Below, piece after piece: positions 39,492 through 50,171 of a stretch of 64,000 nt of DNA (position 1 is the first letter of the stretch; every line of letters starts with the position of its first letter). A model generated the notes under the pieces. The model was not told the origin of the DNA, did not search any database, and saw only the letters and a program-made list of their open reading frames with translations. The DNA comes from Limisphaerales bacterium. Lineage in GTDB: Bacteria > Verrucomicrobiota > Verrucomicrobiia > Limisphaerales > AAA164-E04. Where the stretch lies: contig OZ242022.1 in assembly GCA_965204945.1 (NCBI GenBank), forward strand, positions 3,629,788-3,693,787, read 5' to 3'. Both the position numbers and the translations under genes were made by a program.

Positions 39492-39801
39492 AATCCTATC
39501 CCCTTTCTTTAATCCGCCTCCATTCTGCCACCGCCCCCCAACAAAGCAAGGGAAAAATCAATTGGCTCTTCCATCCTCCAAGTCCGGCGGCAGAGGAGGA
39601 ACTCGCCGATGGATTGCCGCCAACCGATGCAGATTGGAAGAGGGACAACGGCCCGCCCGATACCGGCAGCGTTCTAACGGTCCCAATCAAAACAATCACC
39701 AACATCAACCACAACAAACAAGGCGAGTTTTTCATAATCCTATCCCCTTTCTTTAATCCGCCTCCATTCTGCCGCCGCCCGCCAACAAAGCAAGGGAAAA
39801 A
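39322..39801. repeat. Near-identical direct duplication, 244-bp period
   Basis: 39322-39557 is repeated at 39566-39801. Confidence 0.92.
39566..39735 (-). pseudogene. 5' half copy of the small RFLRL gene
   Basis: MKNSPCLLWL...KSQLIF, then breaks into the upstream sequence of the intact copy. Confidence 0.85.
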
Positions 39802-39844
39802 AGGAAAAAATCGCCTCCCTAAGCAAAAATTCCCCTTCCCAAAC

Positions 39845-40035
39845 CTTTTCTTCAGACGGAGACGCGGCGCCAACCGCAAGAATCGGCGTTTTCCTTCTGC
39901 GCTTGGCAGAATCACAGTCAACGATATTGGCCGTCGCCAAGGGATTCCCACAGTATTTTGACTTCATCATCCGGCAATAGCCGCCAAGCTTCTCCAAGCA
40001 AATCGGCGGTTTCCTCGATTCCGAACTCCTCAGCC
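39845..40035 (-). pseudogene. 3' half, frameshifted copy of the small RFLRL gene
   Basis: EEFGIEETADLLGEAWRLLPDDEVKIL...GDGQYR, frameshift, LTVILPSAEGKRRFLRLAP. Confidence 0.8.
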
Positions 40036-40642
40036 ATAGATGTTCTTTTGTTACTTTGTTTAATTCCTTTATTTCAGGCAACGGGAGTCCCATTGAGAGA
40101 CTTTCATCCTCTCCTCAATCCCTTTTGGGAAAACTGCTCCCGCGTCCAGGCCGATTGGCATTTCCAAGCGGAGCAAATCACGCGAGTTCCTGCCTGTTCG
40201 CCGAAGCCAACAGGAAAGGCAATTGCGACTCTCCCGAAACTCTGTCAAAAACTGTGATATTTAGCAAGGAGACCCATATGACGAATCCCTCCTGCGTTTA
40301 TTGCTTCAAGAGCGAGAAAATCAAAAAACAACCAGGAGCATAACGTTTGTTTTGAGGATTCCACGATTTTGTGTCTTTTTTGGCGGAATGGTAGAATTCA
40401 GGTGATCGTGTTTGTTGGCGGATTAAAGAAGAACGTCCTCGCGGATGTCTGCCAACTCCTTTTTTGATTTAGCGCAAAAGGGTTTTTGGTAAAACCGAAG
40501 CAGGCAAAAGACCGCGCGTGGAAAAATCTGCTTGCGGAGTCTGGCTGTTTTTGGTGGCTTTTGGATGGGCATCATTCTCGTTGAAATCGAAGGCGAGGGA
40601 TTGCATTCTGGCTGGAATCAAAGGGAACGAAAAGGCGGCGGC

Positions 40643-41533
40643 ATGGCGAAGTTGACAGTGGTTTCGGAAGGGTTGGCGTTTGGCGAGCGGACGGTTCTTT
40701 GCCTTCCCTGCGAACTTCAGTTTGACCGAAGCGATCTCAAGTGCGTTCAGGCGGGCGGGCAGTCGGCTTGGTTTTGTCCGGAATGCGGACGTCGTTGTCA
40801 GACGGCGCAAGATTGGTTGGCGGCGCAGAATCCCGCTGAGGAAAAGGGTTTTGCCGTATGGGTTTGGGAGGCGTTTGGGTATCCGCTCAATCCCAATGGG
40901 GCGATACTTTTGGTTGGCGGGGCTTTGTTTTTTTCGATCATTCATTTTATGGGAACGGCCGCGCCTGCGGCGGGGATGATTGGATTGCTTTTGATTGTTC
41001 TTCTGGGCGTGGTGAGCGTTGGCTATTTGTTTTCGTATTTGAAGAGCGTTGTTGTTGCGTCTTCGCAAGGAGAGGAGGATTTGCCGGATTGGCCGGACTT
41101 GACGGACGGGCGGGATGTTTTGGAGCCGTTGTTGCAGTTGGTTGTCTTGCTGTGGCTGTGTTTGGGGCCGGGTTTGGTGACGCTTTGGACGGCGGGAAGC
41201 GAAGTCGGCTGGGTGGTTTTGAGTTTGGGTTTGTTTTATTTGCCGATGGGTTTTCTGGGCGTCTCTCTTGGAGATTCCGTAACCGCCGGCCTCAACCCGG
41301 CGCTTGTGATTCTTTCCATTCTCAAAGTATTCGGGCATTATTTGGCGGCTTGCGCGGTTTTGGCGGTTTTGCTCGGCGCTCGTTGGGCGGGCATGCAGCT
41401 GGGGGATTATTTGCCGATCTTGATTGGAATTCTGGTAACGGAGTTGGCTTCGCTTTATTTCTTGATCGTGATGATGCGGGTATTAGGTTGCATGTATTAC
41501 GTCAATCGGGAAAAACTGCGCTGGCATGGATAG
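40643..41533 (+). CDS. Membrane protein with N-terminal Zn ribbon (DUF4013-like)
   Basis: CLPC...CPEC, AF.YPL, GY....L......G...LPDWPD, about 6 TM segments. Confidence 0.75.
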   Translation: MAKLTVVSEGLAFGERTVLCLPCELQFDRSDLKCVQAGGQSAWFCPECGRRCQTAQDWLAAQNPAEEKGFAVWVWEAFGYPLNPNGAILLVGGALFFSIIHFMGTAAPAAGMIGLLLIVLLGVVSVGYLFSYLKSVVVASSQGEEDLPDWPDLTDGRDVLEPLLQLVVLLWLCLGPGLVTLWTAGSEVGWVVLSLGLFYLPMGFLGVSLGDSVTAGLNPALVILSILKVFGHYLAACAVLAVLLGARWAGMQLGDYLPILIGILVTELASLYFLIVMMRVLGCMYYVNREKLRWHG

Positions 41534-41574
41534 GGCAAGACGGCTTTGCGCAAGAGGCGAGGGCAAAAAATCCT

Positions 41575-41874
41575 ATGGGCAAGGGCGAGATAGCGTGGAA
41601 GGGAGAATTCGAAGACGGCCGTCGGCGGCAGGTGTACGCCAAGTGCGTTCGCAAGGTTTGGCGGTTCTTCGAGCGCGAGAAACGCTTCGATCCGTGGCGT
41701 CCGCTGAAGCATCCTTCTTTGAAAGATTGGCGAATGCTTCTGGACGGCCTAGAGCGGCGGGCGCAGCGGCGGACGATGTCGGCGGCGGAGGTTCAACGAA
41801 TCCAACAGCGAATAAAGGAGCTGTTCCCAGAATTAGACGACGATTATGAAACTGGAACCAAAGAATTTCATTAA
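41575..41874 (+). CDS. Hypothetical protein (99 aa)
   Basis: MGKGEIAWK...WRFFEREKRFDPWRPL..PSLKDWRMLLDGLERR; fills the gap before ppk1. Resembles small verrucomicrobial proteins from memory (not searched). Confidence 0.7.
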   Translation: MGKGEIAWKGEFEDGRRRQVYAKCVRKVWRFFEREKRFDPWRPLKHPSLKDWRMLLDGLERRAQRRTMSAAEVQRIQQRIKELFPELDDDYETGTKEFH

Positions 41875-43981
41875 TCGAGAATTCAGCTGGCTGGAGTTTA
41901 ACCGCCGCGTGCTGGAAGAAGCGCAAGACGCGTCCAACCCGCTCTTGGAAAGGCTCAAGTTCCTAGGCATTGTCAGCTCCAATCTGGACGAGTTTTTTGA
42001 AGTGCGCGTGGCCGGCCTCAAGCAACAAGTCGAAAGCAACGTCTCCCGCCGCAGCCCAGACGGCAACACTCCGTCCGAAACCTTGCGGGAAGCGGCGGCG
42101 CGAACGCGCCGCATAGTCTCGGATCAATACCGAACTTGGAGCGGGCAAATTCAGCCGGACTTGGCGGCGGCCGGCATTCGATTCTGCGCAGTGGATGAGT
42201 TGAGCGCCGAAGAAACAGCGTGGCTTGACGGGTTCTACGCTGATCAAGTTTCTTCCGTGCTGACTCCTCTGGGGATTGACCCGGCGCATCCCTTTCCCGA
42301 CTTGCGCAACAAGAGCTTGAACATCCTCGTCGAGCTGCAAGTGAACACTCGAGGCCATGAGGAGCGGCGCTTGGCCATCGTTCAAGTTCCCGGAATTCTA
42401 TCGCGACTGGTTCGTCTGCCGCAAAAGGGCGAGACGAGACGGTTTGTTTTTCTGGAAGAAGTGATTTTCCATCGATTAGAAGACCTTTTTCCCGGCAACC
42501 GCATCTTGGGCCGTTGGTGTTTCCGGGTCACTCGCAACAGCGAATTATACATTGACGAAGAATCAACGGCCAACCTGCTCAAAGCGGTCGAGAAAGAGCT
42601 GTTCAACCGCCGCAAAGGAGCAGCCGTGCGGCTGGAGATTGACGCCGCTTGCCCCAAGCCTCTCCAAACCAAACTGGCTCGATATTTAAGGTTGTCGGAC
42701 GCCGAAGTGTACGAAATCCACGGGCCGATAGATCCCATCCCTTTGATTGAAGTTGGGCGGGGCGAACACTCGCCCGAACTTCGCGATAAACCCTTCGCGG
42801 CTGCCGAAGCGCCGGCGTTGCGCGGCTGCAACGACTTCTTCGAACGTCTTCGCCAACGCGACGTGTTGCTCCATCATCCCTACGAAAGCTTCTCCAGCGT
42901 GATCGAATTCATCGAAAAAGCCGCCGCCGACCCGCAAGTCTTGGCCATCAAACAAACCCTCTACCGCTCTGGCTCGGACGAGCGCATCTTCCGCGCCCTC
43001 ACAGCCGCCGCCCGCCAAGGCAAACAAGTCGCCGTGGTCATCGAGCTGAAGGCCCGCTTCGACGAAGACAACAACATCCGCGCCGCCCGCAAACTAGAAG
43101 AAGACGGCGTCCACGTGCTTTACGGCATGGTCGGCTATAAAATTCACGGCAAAATGTGTTTAATCGTACGGCGCGACGCCGACCAAATTCGCCGCTACGT
43201 GCATTTAGCCACGGGAAACTACAACCCCACCACCGCCCGCCTTTACACCGACCTTGGCCTTTTGAGCGCCCGCGAAGACCTCGGCGAAGACGTGGCCGGT
43301 CTGTTCAACTTGCTAACGGGCATTTGTCAATTTCAACCAATGAAAAAACTCCTGGCCGCTCCGTTCAACCTGCACCGAAAAATGTTGACCCTAGTGGAGA
43401 CGGAAACAACCAACGCCCGAAGAGGCTTGCCGGCGCGCATTATTGCCAAAATGAACGCCCTAGTGGACCGCGAAATGATCGAAGCACTCTATCGAGCCTC
43501 CCAAGCCGGCGTCCAAACGCAACTCATCATCCGCGGCATCTGCTGCTTGAGACCCGGCGTGCCCGGCCTCAGCGAAAACATCGCCGCCAAAAGCATCGTG
43601 GGACGCTTCCTCGAACACAGCCGGATTTTCTACTTCGAAAACGCCTGCCAACCAAAAGTTTATATCGGAAGTGCCGATTGGATGCCCCGAAACTTCTTCC
43701 ACCGAATCGAAACCGTCTTTCCCATCGAAGATGGCGTCCTCAGAGACCGCGTCATCAACGAAATCCTGGCCGGATGCCTGGCCGAAGGCGCCAAAAGCCG
43801 ATTCCTTCAACCCGACGGAAGTTACCAACGCCCGCCATCCACCGACCCGCAAGTCAACTGCCAGCAAGAGTTTATGAGGCTCGCCGCCGCAACCTCTTCC
43901 CATTCCCAATCACAAAACCGCGAAGCGTCGCTATCCCTTCCGATGAAAGTCCGCCGTCAACCGGGACATCCACCCGCCTAG
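41846..43981 (+). CDS. ppk1: Polyphosphate kinase 1
   Basis: NREFSWLEFNRRVL, SSNLDEFF.VRV, HHPYESF, IKQTLYR, ELKARFDE, KIHGK, GRFLEHSR. Confidence 0.98.
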   Translation: MKLEPKNFINREFSWLEFNRRVLEEAQDASNPLLERLKFLGIVSSNLDEFFEVRVAGLKQQVESNVSRRSPDGNTPSETLREAAARTRRIVSDQYRTWSGQIQPDLAAAGIRFCAVDELSAEETAWLDGFYADQVSSVLTPLGIDPAHPFPDLRNKSLNILVELQVNTRGHEERRLAIVQVPGILSRLVRLPQKGETRRFVFLEEVIFHRLEDLFPGNRILGRWCFRVTRNSELYIDEESTANLLKAVEKELFNRRKGAAVRLEIDAACPKPLQTKLARYLRLSDAEVYEIHGPIDPIPLIEVGRGEHSPELRDKPFAAAEAPALRGCNDFFERLRQRDVLLHHPYESFSSVIEFIEKAAADPQVLAIKQTLYRSGSDERIFRALTAAARQGKQVAVVIELKARFDEDNNIRAARKLEEDGVHVLYGMVGYKIHGKMCLIVRRDADQIRRYVHLATGNYNPTTARLYTDLGLLSAREDLGEDVAGLFNLLTGICQFQPMKKLLAAPFNLHRKMLTLVETETTNARRGLPARIIAKMNALVDREMIEALYRASQAGVQTQLIIRGICCLRPGVPGLSENIAAKSIVGRFLEHSRIFYFENACQPKVYIGSADWMPRNFFHRIETVFPIEDGVLRDRVINEILAGCLAEGAKSRFLQPDGSYQRPPSTDPQVNCQQEFMRLAAATSSHSQSQNREASLSLPMKVRRQPGHPPA

Positions 43982-44390
43982 CGCATGTTCCCCAAATCCA
44001 AATTCATTGCCCTTTGCGAAACAAAAAAACTCCGCTCTGGAAAAATCCCAAAAGCAAAGCCAAAAACCCAATCCCCCTTTGCAAATAACAACCGCTAGCC
44101 CAACTACAAATCACATCACAAAACCCCGCTTCCCAACTTGCAGAAACAAGACGGAAAAAGACGCCTTTGCCATCTTGTCATTAACAGGCTACCAACTACC
44201 CATCCTCGACCTCTGACTAGGTCGACATAAGAACTGCGTGGTTTCCTGATCGTCGGGATAACGATAAATCATTAGTTGGCCGCTAATTTCAAATCGCAAG
44301 CCATTGGCTATATATGTTCACTACTCCCCTAGCTGTTGACGCTGACTAATCCAACACAGAAATCATGATCCCTTAGCCACAAACCACAAT

Positions 44391-45260
44391 TCAATAAGCA
44401 TCGGCCGCTTGGTCCTTTCGGCACAAAGACCAGCGACCACAAACACCCAGCCACGAAGCTGTGATAGCTTGTTGGCATTTCTTATGAAAGCGTTGGCGGA
44501 CAACCACCAAACTCAGCGCAAACAAACGAAACACAAATGCGTATTCCTCCGGTTCGGGGATGATCTGGCTGTCGTTGACAACACACACCGAGCGGTTGGA
44601 ATTCACCGCTAAGAAGGATTCGTAAGCCTCTGCTCTCTGGGCTAATAGAGCCCCCAGAATTATTGTCGCTCTGCGCATAAAAGACGCTAATAGATTTGTT
44701 GTCCAGCCCGCTCTCACCTAAGAAGAAGTCTAATCGATGAAATAGAACAAACTGCTTCCAGATACGCTCATCCCAACGACATCGTATGGATTATCGTAGT
44801 CCATGAAAAATCCATCGTTCTGCTGTTGTCGCCATTCATGACCGTCGAAATGTTAGTGGCACTAGCAACAAAAGGAATGTTGGTTCTGCCTCCTCCCAGA
44901 ATTCTCTTTCTTGCCGAATCGATGTCTTGGGTCTTAGAGATAGCAAACAAGAATGAATATGAAAAGTTCGTATTGCTGGGCTTGTTGGCATCGTAAATAT
45001 GTCCGTTATTGAAGGAGTTCCCAAGCCTCTCGGCTATGGTAATGATTAGAGATTGCGGAGGTGGGGATGCTTTGGAGGACACTTTGGGTCGCCGTAGCGG
45101 GAGAACCGCTAAACACCCAGAGCGTGTCGGCGTTGTCTTAGCTATGGTGAACATCAATACACAACTGCCCTTGGCTTTGCGCCAAAACAAACCAAAGAAG
45201 AAAACGACACAACTACCAACACAGATAAAAGAGATGTATTGTCGATGCCTGTTGTTCTAG
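44391..45260 (-). pseudogene. Degraded PEP-CTERM protein gene
   Basis: 3' end IIPEPEEYAFVFRLFALSLVVVRQRF (PEP at 44550-44558); 5' hydrophobic signal, then AQSQGQLCIDVHHS*DNADTLWVFSG with in-frame stops at ~45138 and ~45006 and frameshifts. Boundaries approximate. Confidence 0.6.
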
Positions 45261-46029
45261 TTTTGACACAAACGATGGGAATCTCTTTATCATGTTCCAT
45301 CCTTCTTGGAATGAAACAACGAATAAACGACCGCAAAGGAAGTCCATCCTCGTCTAACGAATTGGTTTCTAAATCCCAAGAATCGGCAATTGGAAATCAG
45401 TCCATAATCCAATCGGCAAGGTGATTTACGCTTTTGGAGAAACACTTATTCGTCCGGCATCCAGCAGTGTTTCGCAATCCAATCTAGCTTGTTAGAAGTC
45501 TCTTGTCCATCCCGCGTCCAACCTCAAAATACAAAGGGAGAGAAAAGAGGGAAAAACTCGGTTGAAACAACAAAATCCGCCAGGGGCGTGTTGACACTAA
45601 ATTTCAAAATGACTGACGGCAGTGCGAGAAGTCGAAAATATGATTCAAGCCCTAGTCGCTGGAAAATATCGTCTAAAGTATTGGCATTGAATGACAATGA
45701 GTTATCGACATTTTTCCTTAAATCCATGGAGTGTTCAGGGGTTCAGGAAAATGCTTGCGCGAGAAAAAAAAGATTGTGGGCGAAAGTTCGAATCTGGTTT
45801 TTTGGAGGTGGAAACGTTAGTTGACCGAAACAAACAAAGCAGATGCAATCTCTTTGGAAACTCAGAGGCGCGACTCTCGGCGTTGCAGAGATTGGATCGC
45901 GGTCGCGGCGGTGACGAAAATCAAGGAAGCGGCCGTTTCCCTCGTTTCCAAACTTTTCTCCCCTCTGACGCAAAAGGAGGGCGTCCGTTTGCGGCCAGGA
46001 AGCCTTCTGCCTTAAGCGCAATCTTTCAA

Positions 46030-46685
46030 ACCGCCGGCATCGGGATGCTCTTCGCGGCCTTCTGCTTGTGCCCTTGCCAAGCATTGAAGCGCAAAAGAGC
46101 GGTGGCGGTGTTGGAAGCGTTCTTGCCAACTACATTTACGACGCTCTCACCGGAAACAGAGTCCAAATCACTCCTCCCATGGACGGTAAAATCATCGCTA
46201 AACCAAAATTGGAAGCGTTTGGCGGATATCGCAAATACGAGACCATCAATGGATACTCGCACAGCGGATTGACTCCCGATGTTGACGTAGATCGCAAACG
46301 AGGCTACGATGACAAATGGCCCGAATACTTTGACGTGGATTACGGCGAAGTAGTGGAAAACCCGACTGCGAACCAGACGCTGAACCTAGCAGGGGATTAA
46401 ACTCCAACAAATACGAACTCCGAATGCATGCGGAATTCAACGACCACGGCGACGAATACAAGAGCCGATCCCAAATGCAAAAAGAATGCTCCACCGCCAA
46501 ACTCGGCTACGTTTAAAATCGATACATTCAATACAAGAAAACAGGAAGGTGGGTTTATTACGGCACAAGCGAAAGAAATCAAATGCTACCATCGCTTAGT
46601 GGACAAAATCACGGACATCGACACTCGACTAGCCAACCACCAGAAATACACGGCGCAAGCGCTGTGGGGAAACTGGATCATTTGA
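46030..46685 (+). pseudogene. Multiply frameshifted unknown (probably secreted) protein inside the IS ends
   Basis: Hydrophobic leader, then protein-like segments in successive frames (46068-46400, ~46400-46515, 46428-46685). Confidence 0.45.
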
Positions 46686-46958
46686 CTTGGAAAAAAGAGG
46701 AAGAAGACTATGCTGTGCACAAACAGCCCTACTTTGGGACATGAGAGCGTATGTATTGAGCGCCATCAGTCCTAATTCTGTGAGAGTCCCAATACTTCGG
46801 AAAAAGAACACGTGGAGTAACACAGTCAACGTGCGAGGGCAGAGCCAGTTGCATTGGTCATCCATGACGGTAAATGAGCCATGGGAAGCCCCCCTACACC
46901 CTTTGGGATCGGAATCAACACGACGAACTCAACAGCAAGTAAAAGAAAGGAGAACGGG

Positions 46959-47057
46959 TTGAAAGGCTATCGCCGCGTGTTCTCTCGCTTTGACAAACTG
47001 GATGTAATATTTATGGGATTCATAATGTTCACCCTCATCTTTGCCATGTTCCATTAG
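46959..47057 (+). pseudogene. C-terminal fragment of IS5-family transposase
   Basis: LKGYRRVFSRFDKLDVIFMGFIMFTLIFAMFH*, with the stop inside the right TIR. Confidence 0.85.
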
Positions 47058-48269
47058 TGTCAACACGCACTAATCTTTTTTATATCGCTGCCCGACCAAT
47101 TCCAGAGAAGATGATGTTTGAGGTAATGATAAAAATGCAACAATGGATAATCCATCCTAAACCGGCGACTGCGAATTCAGTAGGAAATTCAGAACTTAAG
47201 AATCTAGAATAGAATCCTCCTCAATTTTACACAAGACAAGTCCGCGAGTGGTTTTTAAGACGGTGGCTTTATCGGATAGATTAAACAGACTTAGTTCGTT
47301 GGAAAGTTTTGTGAAATTCTATCATGAGATGGAGGAAAACCCTGAAGAGTCGACTAAAAATTCTTGGCAAATTATAAGGTTTTTGTTTATAGCATTTAAG
47401 AACGCTTGAGCACTGAGGACTTGGTGCTTGATCATACTGACGTAACCATTATGGACACTAATTTTTTAAAAGGAACAGGGTATTCCGACGTCAAAAAATT
47501 CAGTATTTCTCACAATAAGCAATTTGCTGGGGGTTCTTACGGTAGCGACTTTTATTACTCCAAGAAATGTGCCGAGTTTTTCTGCTAATTTATGGAAGGC
47601 GAATATATTGGATACTGAATTGGCGTTTGCAATTGTTCTTCATTTTCTGAGGAAGTCAAAAACAGTGGCTCGAAACATATATCGGAATAGTCCTTCTTAA
47701 TCTTTTTCAGGATTTCTCCCTGATATTGCCAAAATTGAAGAGTTGATTCTTGGAAGAGGGCAGTATAATATCCAAGCGCGCGAGGAAAAATTGGCTCAAG
47801 TTTGTGACTCATATTGCGTTCCAAAGCTCGCCTTCAGTGGTTAAATATGTTAAAAATGCATTGAAATTATTCCCCTCGGATGCCCAGTCTGCCGCCCTAG
47901 CGCTGCCAACAATTTTTGGCGACGTCGATTATTCATATTGGATGGATAGACATAATCCCTCTCAATTGATCAGAACGGAAGAAATTATGGATGGGAAAAT
48001 TGTGACAGTGCCATAGTATGGGATTCTTTGAATGAACCAGAATTTCCAATGTATTGACGGACAGAAGTGCCGTATCCTTTTACGCCAAGTGACACTGTCA
48101 CCAACGTTGTCAACTTTGTTTTGGCAGATTTAAATCCCAAATTCCAAGATGGTTGATTTTCTTTACTGTTTTATTTTTTCTGTGGAGAAGGCGATTGGTT
48201 TGCTCTGGGTAGCAAGAGATATTGTTCTGTGGATTGGGGAGGGATGATCCAGTTTGGCCAGCGGCTCTA

Positions 48270-49250
48270 TTAGGAGATATTGGCGCGGGCTTCAGCGGCG
48301 AGCGGGGTGCTGAGGTAGCGTTCTCCGGTGGAGCAGGCTATGGTGACGATCATTTTTCCTTTGTTTTCCGGTCTGGAGGCGACTTGGACGGCGGCCCAGA
48401 CGTTGGCGCCGGAGCTGATTCCGGAGAGGATTCCTTCTTCTTTGGCAAGTCGGCGGGCCATTATGAAGGCGTCGTCGCTGGCGACTTGGATGCATTCTGC
48501 GATTTGGAGGGTTTTTGAGCGGTCGTAGAGGTGAAAGTTGGCGGGGATGAATCCGGCGCCGATGCCTTGGATGCGGTTGATGCCGGGTCGGAGGGGTTTT
48601 CCGGCGATTGTTTGGGTGATGACGGGGGAGTCTTTGGGTTCGACGGCGATGGCGGTGAAGGTGGGTTTTTTGGTTTTGATGGATTCCATACAGCCGGTGA
48701 TTGTTCCGCCCGTGCCGACGGCGGCCACGAGGATGTCGATTTGGCCTTCGGTGGATTCCCAGATTTCTTCCGCGGTGGTGCGGCGATGGATTTCGGGGTT
48801 GGCGGGGTTGTCGAATTGTTGGGGTATCCAGGAGTTTTTGATTTGCCGCGCTAGTTGTTGGGCTTTATCGATAGCGCCTTTCATGCCTGCGCCGCCGGGC
48901 GTTAGCACGAGTTGGGCGCCTAGTATGGCGAGGAGGGTTCGTCGTTCCATGGACATGGTGTCGGGCATTGTGAGGAGGAGTTTGTAGCCTTTGGCGGCGG
49001 CGACGAAGGCCAGGGCGATGCCGGTGTTGCCGCTGGTGGGTTCGATGATGGTTGTGTCGGGATTGATGATTCCGCGTTGTTCGGCGTCTTCGATCATTGC
49101 TTTGCCGATGCGGTCTTTGACGCTTCCCAATGGGTTGAAGAATTCGCATTTGAGAAGGACGTCTGCTTGGAGGCCGGCGGCTATTTTGCGGAGTCGAACC
49201 AGTGGTGTGTTGCCCACGGTTTCCAGTATGTTTTCAGCGATTTTTGCCAT
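48270..49250 (-). CDS. cysK: Cysteine synthase A
   Basis: VGNTPLV, FNPLGSVKDR, EPTSGNTGI, GTGGTITG, IQGIGAG, GISSGA. Confidence 0.97.
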   Translation of the reverse strand: MAKIAENILETVGNTPLVRLRKIAAGLQADVLLKCEFFNPLGSVKDRIGKAMIEDAEQRGIINPDTTIIEPTSGNTGIALAFVAAAKGYKLLLTMPDTMSMERRTLLAILGAQLVLTPGGAGMKGAIDKAQQLARQIKNSWIPQQFDNPANPEIHRRTTAEEIWESTEGQIDILVAAVGTGGTITGCMESIKTKKPTFTAIAVEPKDSPVITQTIAGKPLRPGINRIQGIGAGFIPANFHLYDRSKTLQIAECIQVASDDAFIMARRLAKEEGILSGISSGANVWAAVQVASRPENKGKMIVTIACSTGERYLSTPLAAEARANIS

Positions 49251-49288
49251 TGCGCGGTTTCGCGGTTTGAGCGGTTGGGGAGGGATGG

Positions 49289-50017
49289 TTAGCCGTTGGT
49301 TTCGGTTTGCATTCCGTCGGCAAAATAGACGATGCGGCCGCAGTAGGGACAGGCGACGATTTCTTTTTGGGCTTTGCAGATGATGATGATTTGGATGGGA
49401 AGTTTGACGTGGCAGCCGTCGCAGATTCCTCGGTCTACTCCGACGATGCTGTTTTCGCCTTTGTTTTTGAGCAAGCGTTCGTATCTCGACAAAATGTCTG
49501 GGTCCATTTTCTCTACCAGCACCTTTCGTTCTTGGATCAGGTCGCCGAGCTCTCGTTGGAGGTTTTTTTCGCGTTGTTCGAGTTCTTTGTTTTTTTCGTC
49601 GGCCAGTTTTTTGGCGTTTTCGGCTTCTGCTTTGGCTGTTTGGATGGAGGCTTGGGCTTGGTCGAATTGTTCCATGAGTTCCAGCTGGCGGTCTTCCAAA
49701 TCTGAAATTGCTTTTTTGCAAGTGTTAATTTCGTTTGTAAGGGCTTGGTATTCCTCGTTTTTTTTGGTTTGGAATTGCTGGTTGGAGTATTTCTGGATGA
49801 GTGCTTGTTTGCTTTGGGTTTCCAGTTCCAGTTCTTTGCGGTTGGATTCGATTTGGTTGGCGTTTTTTTTTGCCGCTTCAAGCGTTTTTTGGGTCATCGA
49901 GAGTTGGCTGGAAAGCGCTTCTCGCTCTGGTCGGATTCGTTTTAGTTGGGCGCGGTGGTGAAGAACCTTGCGATCGCGGTCTTGGATTACGAGGAGCTTT
50001 TCAATTATTTCTTGCAT
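49289..50017 (-). CDS. Coiled-coil protein with C4 Zn ribbon (DUF164/CT398-like)
   Basis: Long coiled coil, NEEYQALTNEI, CDGC...CPYCGRI. Confidence 0.9.
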   Translation of the reverse strand: MQEIIEKLLVIQDRDRKVLHHRAQLKRIRPEREALSSQLSMTQKTLEAAKKNANQIESNRKELELETQSKQALIQKYSNQQFQTKKNEEYQALTNEINTCKKAISDLEDRQLELMEQFDQAQASIQTAKAEAENAKKLADEKNKELEQREKNLQRELGDLIQERKVLVEKMDPDILSRYERLLKNKGENSIVGVDRGICDGCHVKLPIQIIIICKAQKEIVACPYCGRIVYFADGMQTETNG

Positions 50018-50171
50018 GAACGAACAGGATCTCTGGTCCACGGCAAGTTAATCGGAAACTTTCCGATAAGTCAATCCCAACGGTTGCGTCTTCTGTCCAA
50101 GGTGGCATTTTGTTGACTGTTTTAGGAATAAAGTTTTTCTTTTGAACGTTTGTCGGTGAAAGGATTCTAAA

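Larger units (their letters stand above)
45584..47070. mobile_element. IS5-family (IS427-like) element remnant with terminal inverted repeats and non-transposase cargo
   Basis: GGGCGTGTTGACACTAA (45584-45600) versus TTAGTGTCAACACGCAC (47054-47070), 16/17 inverted match; transposase tail abuts the right end. Confidence 0.78.

Noticed and set aside
39322-39801. 244-bp repeat as a MITE or IS
   Set aside because: Direct tandem copy of a gene start with no terminal inverted repeats.
40858-41574. 338-aa ORF 40858-41874 as a full gene
   Set aside because: The 5' part is an alternative frame of the membrane-protein gene; only 41575-41874 is kept.
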